Assembly: GCA_002269645.1 (NCBI GenBank)
Contig: NIVC01001271.1
Location: 114,633 to 178,632, forward strand
Length of the DNA stretch: 64,000 nucleotides
Direction: 5' to 3'
Source of the DNA: Macrostomum lignano
Lineage: Eukaryota
Within the stretch, counting starts at the first letter, position 1, and every line of letters starts with the position of its first letter. Below, in pieces: positions 58,201-64,000 of this stretch. Under the pieces are notes generated by a model, which did not search any database, had not been told where the DNA came from, and saw only the letters and a list, made by a program, of their open reading frames with translations. A program made the position numbers and the translations under genes.

Positions 58201-61016
58201 CCCTACATCTCCCCTACCTCTCCCCTACCTCTCCCCTACCTCTCCCCTAACTCTCCCCTACCTCTCCCTATCTCTCCCCTACCTCTCCCCTACATCTCCC
58301 CTACATCTCCCCTACATCTCCTCTACCTCTCCCCTACCTCTCCCCTACCTCTCCCCTACCTCTCCCCTACCTCTCCCCTACCTCTCCCCTACATCTCCTC
58401 TACCTCTCCCCTACCTCTCCCCTACCTCTCCCCTACATCTCCCCTACCTCTCCCCTACATCTCCTCTACCTCTCCCCTACATCTCCCCTACCTCTCCCCT
58501 ACATCTCCCCTATCTGTCCCTACCTCTCCCCTACCTCTCCCTATCTGTCCCTATCTGTCCCCTATATTTCCCTTATCTCTCCCCTATCTCTCCCCTTTTT
58601 TTACCTTATCTCCCCTATCTTTCCCTTATCTCCTCTATCCTTCCGGTTCCCTACCTCTCCCCTCTTTTCCCTCTCTCTCCTCTATCTACGATCTCTCCTC
58701 ATCTCTACTCAATCCAATCCCCTCTCCTCCAACCCTCTCTCGCAGACTGCTCACCTCCATCTCATCCGATCCCCGCCTGTCGTACAGGGTGACGGCCAGC
58801 TCGGTGCCGCAGCCGAACACGGAGCCGTCCGCAAGCAGCGGCAGCAGGTGATAAGCGGCATCGCCGCAGGCGGCCGTCACGGTGACGCGAAGCGGACGAG
58901 ATTTTGCTCGCAACGCGGACGTCTCCGCGTCCAGTTTGGCCTTGTAGCGAGTGTTGTCATTGGCAACCGCCCGCTGCTGGGGACTCGTCATGTCCGACTC
59001 GAAGTCGTAGTAAGCTGATTGAATGATGTAAAGAATAGTAAAAAGAGTGGCTGGATTGTTGTGTCGTGGCAAGGAGCCCGTAAAAGGGCCGTTTTTCTGA
59101 CTAACTAAAAAGGGGTATTTTTTCCTACTACTCTACTTAAAGTAGTGCAGTTCATAAATCATTCGTATAATGTATTTTGGAATCACGTGACATTTTGGGG
59201 TTTCTAATTTATTGATTGTGTAATAATTTATTGTTGGATGTCAAATATAAGCGCGGGTTGTCCTAAGGGAGCTCTTGTTCTTGTTTACCGGCAAAAGTCT
59301 TACCTGCCTAAGTACTCGTTTGTTTTTCCTGTGTTAGTCTATCGAGACACCACATGGATACTCGTAGTTAGCGAATCAGCAGGTGACTTTGGAAACTGTA
59401 CATCTGCTCTGAATTTCTCATACACCTTTATTCCTTCTTTCCTTGGGAGGAAAGCGTTGACCCTTCATAGGCTCTGTAATAAGCTCTTTAAGTCTTGCGC
59501 CACTCAAGTCAAGAACTCGCTTTGAAATCATTGCTGCAAAAATTCTGTATGAAACTTTGCGGCATCTTTGTTTGGGTTTTCCAATTTGGAAGCTGCAGAC
59601 ATCTGACCCATTCTGACGCTTAAAAGACACCAGAAACGTCGCCACCGGGGGTGACAGGGGGACAGGGGCCAATGCTTTGCCCGCCACCCCACCTTTGTTG
59701 ACCTGTTATGGAAATCAATAATTTTGCTTCAGGGCAACAAAAATGGTGCCTACGGCGCTAAAATGAGTGCCTGTGGCGCTAAAATGAGTGCCTGTGGCGC
59801 TAAAATGAGTGCCTGTGGCGCTAAAATGAGTGCCTGTGGCGCTAAAATGAGTGCCTGTGGCGCTAAAATGCGTGCCTGCGGCGCTAAAATGAGTTCTTGT
59901 GGCGCTAAAATGAGTGCCTGTGGCGCTAAACTGCGTGCCTGCGGCGCTAAAATGAGTGCCTGCGGCGCTAAAATGAGTGCCTGTGGCGCTAAAATGATCG
60001 CTGACAACACCGATTCTGAAAATAATGTACATTTAGGAATTTAGTCGCGTACATGAACATGCAGAATTCTTGGCTTTGTCCCCCCCACCATAAAATCCAT
60101 GGCGAAGCCCCTGAAAGACACCCAGTTCAAAGTTCAACACACGAAGTTGGCTAGATCAAGGCACCTAAAAAATCTCGAAGACTTGATACGAGTTGAGTAG
60201 AGTTTTTCAATTTGAGTACTTCAATCTCACCTTTAGCATATTCCTGGAATTCGTTGGCGCCCCCAATCAGGACACCTTTGCCGCCTTGGTTCACCAGCTC
60301 TCGCCACACGATAGGGGATTTGTACTGATGCCAGCCGCGCTCCTCGCAGCACTGACGGGACCAGTCCTGGCGAAATAAAATGGCCAATGCAGACTTCTTT
60401 TGGCTTAAACAGAATTTTATATCAAAGTTTATAGAAGGACCCGCCAATTGTGTAAATTCACAGTATTTTACAACAAGGTGCGCCCACCTAGTTTATAAAT
60501 CTATGTAAATTTATTGAGCGTCGCTTCTTTCAATTTTTTTCTTGACAAACTTGTAAGTTCAACTCGAACAAAACGCATAGTCTTTTTTCGTTTTGTTTGA
60601 ATTCGGAAGTCCAGAAGGTGACATGGCTATTGTGAGTTTTGACGATTTTCTCACCGGCCATTCCTCTGGAGTTTTCACGATCTTCGTCAATTTGAAGGCT
60701 GGCAAATTCTTGGCTAAATAATCGGCCAGTAGTTCTACTCTGGCATAGTACGGACAGTCTGATGAGCCTAAAATGTATTATTTTGTTTTTATGTTTGATG
60801 ATGTGCGGCGTAAATATCCTTTATGCAAAATCAGTTAGTGACGAAAATTCAATGATTACTCGTATTAGCAAAGTATGATTGAATATTTTGAATACATTTA
60901 TAAAAGGATACGAATCACTAAATTTTTACATAATTTACATCAATTTTTGGATATATATGGCATTACTGAGTATTCGCAACTGAGAAAAACTTACCAGCAA
61001 TAACAATTTTTGCCAT
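52238..61016 (-). CDS. MDH1B: Putative malate dehydrogenase 1B; exons 60995-61016, 60655-60767, 60231-60366, 58755-59014, 54497-54759, 53406-53944, 52847-52977, 52238-52282 (last tentative; about 502 aa)
   Basis: [140 protein letters not shown]: a collinear match to MDH1B as I know it. Phases are consistent. Confidence 0.93.
52325..52832. repeat. Perfect 16-bp minisatellite (catcgggatcaggtga)
   Basis: About 32 identical units. Confidence 0.97.
53050..53385. repeat. 33-bp minisatellite (gggagaactcagtcacattggtacaggatcagt)
   Basis: About 10 units. Confidence 0.95.
54008..54318 (+). mobile_element. tRNA-derived SINE copy in an MDH1B intron
   Basis: ggggccgtagcccagtg (A-box-like) and ggctcgattcc (B-box-like). 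The body matches 24355-24690. Confidence 0.7.
54822..54986. mobile_element. MITE of about 165 bp
   Basis: TIRs aggggcgtagccag / ctggctaagcccc. Internal gcccctggtgctaaa-like unit, about 3 copies. Confidence 0.7.
55340..58640. repeat. 3.3-kb polypyrimidine satellite (ctcccctacct/at, unit about 11 bp) in MDH1B intron 4
   Basis: Roughly 300 degenerate units, with higher-order blocks recurring. Confidence 0.97.
59631..60114. mobile_element. MITE-like element with an internal 21-bp array (gcctgtggcgctaaaatgagt at 59750-59997)
   Basis: Degenerate TIRs cagaaacgtcgcca / tggcgaagcccctg. About 11 tandem units. Confidence 0.55.
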
Positions 61017-61419
61017 ATTTATCCCGCCTTTTAATTGCTTGCAAGTAGAAGCGAAAACAAAAACTAAGCCTAGGCCCCTAACCGTTTCTTGGAAGTTGCC
61101 ATGACTCCCTAAAAGTCAAAAAAATCAAAATGCAATGAGCAGAAAATCAAATTTTAATCTGCAAATATAAATTGTTTTATTGCATTTTAATTAAAGCGAA
61201 ATTTAGCACAGTTAACAACACTAAAAAATGGAATACTATCGAGGAAAGACATAATATACGAATGACTAATTCGCGCTATTCAAATCTGGACACATTGGCA
61301 CTTCTTTTTCTTCCCCGAAATTGGCTGATTTAGCCTGATTAGCCTTGCCTTGCCTAGATTGCTCTTGTATCAACCCGGCATTTGTTCGTTAATGTTCGTT
61401 CGTTAACTGCTTTTGTAGG

Positions 61420-61790
61420 TCCATGGCTTGGCAGCGTGCAAAATCTTGTTGCCAAAGGGCAAGTACTCACGAAGCTTTGACGTACCTATGCAAAAAATTT
61501 TGGACAGACTGCAGACAAACTTTCTGATCATCAGCTGCCATGTTGTTGAAAAGGTGTCTGGCTGACTCTCCAATACGCAGCTGGTAGGGTGATAGCTGAA
61601 TTATAATGTCTGTCTCATCTACCGTCCAAAACTTTTCGGCCTTCGGGCAGACTTTGCTGCTTGACGAAGCGCAGAAGCCATTGCTTCATGATATTGGTGA
61701 GCTCATTGTATAGCTCCTGTATATGACATCCCTCCTGATAGAAGAGGAGCTCTAACTGCTGAAGCAGCTTTAAAAGCTTAGCTAGGATTA
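61420..61790 (-). pseudogene. Degenerate hAT-like transposase fragment
   Basis: Frameshifted translation LKLLQQLELLFYQEGCHIQELYNELTNIMKQWLLRFVK...LRIGESARHLF...SVQNFL...LREYLPFGNKILH resembles the hAT C-terminal half. Confidence 0.55.
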
Positions 61791-63012
61791 GGAAGCAGAG
61801 AAAGAACTCGATCTTAGAGTCCTCCAGAGTGCCTTTGATGCTTGAATTTTTGGGGACATTATGCTTGGATGGCTTTACTTAAATGAAGTAAAGATATTCA
61901 ATTCAATTCAATCAAGGAAAAATGCATAGCTTTCAAAACACAAAGGTCTCATTTCCTATCGTTTATAAATTGGTTTGTTAATTAGACATTACAATACCAT
62001 TATTATTCAATTTATTTGAAAAAGTAAAGTTTATTTGAGATAATTAGAAAGATATTTTGAATTGTAAGTTATTCAATGCCTTGCTTTAGATTCAAACTTT
62101 GGATGAAAGTAAATACACATGCTGCAAATTGTTGTAAATAAAATTTTGCATTCATAGCAGTCTTATATAGAGATTTGGCACATGGAAAAGAAAAATGCAT
62201 TTTAAATATTATAAAATAAATATGTTATAGAATGTATGTATGTTATAATATGTCAATTTAAGCATAGAAGATACACAAAACATTGAAGTATAGAATGCAA
62301 ACACTGAACACCAAACAAAAAATTTAAATACAAAAACTGGAACATTGGAAAGTGTAGCATTCAATTCAGAACATACAGACAGTGGTAGGTGAGGAGTAGG
62401 GTCGCCTTTTTTGGTCCCAGAAAAGTTTTTGAACCAAACTATTTTTAAAAGAGACTTGTAAATCATAAGATACAAATTATTTATTTGTTAGGAAATTTTT
62501 TGCAGGCTCAAACTAAATAACATTTATAAATACAAAACAACTAGTAGCATAAATACTTACTAAACAATGTCTACAAAGGTTGAACTGTTGTACTGTTTCT
62601 CGTATCTTTTAACTAAAGTAATAAAATTGAGTAAACCTGATACAAAAGAAATTTAAAAGACTAAAAGAGTGAGACATGCTTTCAGTAGTCAATTTCAACA
62701 CTAAAAATAAAAGTGTCATTCCAATCTCTCTCTCCTACTTTCTCTCTCCCTCACGCCAAGGCATCAAAGGCATCTGTGAAAGATTAGTCAATAAAGAATA
62801 AGACTTAGCAAAGGAAAAATCTGGGCCATTAGGTACAAAGAAATTTGGGGCACCTGGGCATTTAGGCCTGGCCCAAATTCGGGCCTTACTTCCCCCACTG
62901 CATACAGAGTCTTAAGCCCAAAGAATTGGGAAAAATTGCTTTGGACAAATAGAGTCCACTAAAGTGACTCAGCATAAATAAGTTCGGCTTGCTAAATAAA
63001 AGACAAAATTGC

Positions 63013-63990
63013 TTATTCAGTCTTTAAAAGAATTTTAGTCACCATTCTATCTGAACTGTTTAAGCCTTTGTTTGGCTTCCAAAAGCTATAAATAATCTCT
63101 AGCACCTCAATCGTATTCTTGATCACTTTGTTGTGCTTCAAGTTCAGGGCCAAGAAGTTGTAGGTGCTCAAAGTTTTCCATTGTACTAAACAGGCTAGAA
63201 AAGTAAAGTTTTGCTTAGATTGCATTTCTAGAGGTACATTAAGAATCTTATAATAAATTGCTAATAGCTTATGCTTAGTTTTTGCCTTTCCAATTGGGTT
63301 ACATACTTCAAATTCATCAGTATAAAGTGACAGATAAATTGCTTTACTATATTGCTCAGAGACTAACAATGGAGCAATATAGTCTTTGAAATATAGAAAT
63401 AAATAAAAAAAAATGATCCTTTCTCTTCAATCTTTGTGCCTAGAATAATCTGATAAAAATTTGGGTCTTGCAAGAGTGTAGTAAGAGTATTAGAAATTGG
63501 AACATAATACATTGCTGATGACTTTGGAAAAGTAGGAATTTCAATAGGCTCTACATACCTAAAGTTTTGCTTGAGGTATTACAAGAGCTGCCTATCAATA
63601 ACAATAATATCATGGTAAGCATCAAAAAAACTATTCAAATTTATACTACGCATAATGTCCTGCATTTGCTCATTATCAATATTATGCTCCTTCAAAACTT
63701 GTTCAACAAGAGAAGTAAATGAGTATAAAAAAGTTGATAGAATATCATAAAGCTCACTAGTTAGGCCCTTTGCAATACTATGAGGTAAGCTATGAAAATT
63801 GCAAGAGTTAATCAAAAAGAGAATTATCTTATGTGCTATATCATTCTTAAGCTGCCCCTTTAAGTCAGTTGAAGTACCATCTCTTCTGTTTTCCATTAAA
63901 ACATTGGCTATAGCTAAACAATCATAGGCACTTATAGTATTAGTAGGCTGCTATCGAATAGTACGACTATGATGAGCATGATCTCTGACA
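63013..63990 (-). pseudogene. Degenerate animal EnSpm/CACTA-like (CMC) transposase fragment
   Basis: LSLYTDEFEVCNPIGKAKTKHKLLAIYYKILNVPLEMQSK fits the LYxDDFExxNPLG...HKL...Y..L.NLP pattern. Upstream is IILFLINSCNFHSLPHSIA. AT-rich, with multiple disruptions. Confidence 0.55.
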
Positions 63991-64000
63991 CTAGAACTTG

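Noticed and set aside
60758-60775. CTGATGA hammerhead-ribozyme core (also at other sites)
   Set aside because: There is no appropriately placed GAAA or flanking stems, and this instance lies in an MDH1B coding exon.

Overview
This is eukaryotic, intron-rich animal DNA. GC-rich exons, TTAGGG repeats and minisatellite-packed introns suggest a flatworm such as Macrostomum, but that assignment is inference. I reconstructed gene models by hand from splice signals and phase. They are: the 3' part of a PNP/UDP-family (ATP-nucleosidase-like) gene (120-1629); an intronless 7.3-kb very large inducible GTPase (VLIG/GVIN1-like) with an N-terminal MACPF-like domain, split by two single-base frameshifts in A-runs (12233-19510); a 12-exon neprilysin/M13 homologue that has lost its zinc-binding motif (21255-31470, minus); SKOR/fussel (36363-38770); a PH + PDZ-like adaptor (41866-46421, minus); two identical head-to-head copies of a small secreted Cys-rich gene on a 3.4-kb palindrome (48204-51631); and MDH1B (52238-61016, minus). 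Mobile DNA includes Gypsy RT and DIRS/Ngaro gag remnants, a P-like THAP element with an 8-bp TSD, a TA-flanked TIR element with a Crypton-like remnant, tRNA-derived SINEs, MITEs, and hAT and EnSpm-like remnants. There are about 20 distinct minisatellites. The best leads are the MACPF-VLIG fusion with its slippery sites next to an ATP-nucleosidase-like gene (a possible innate-immunity locus) and the palindromic secreted-protein gene pair.
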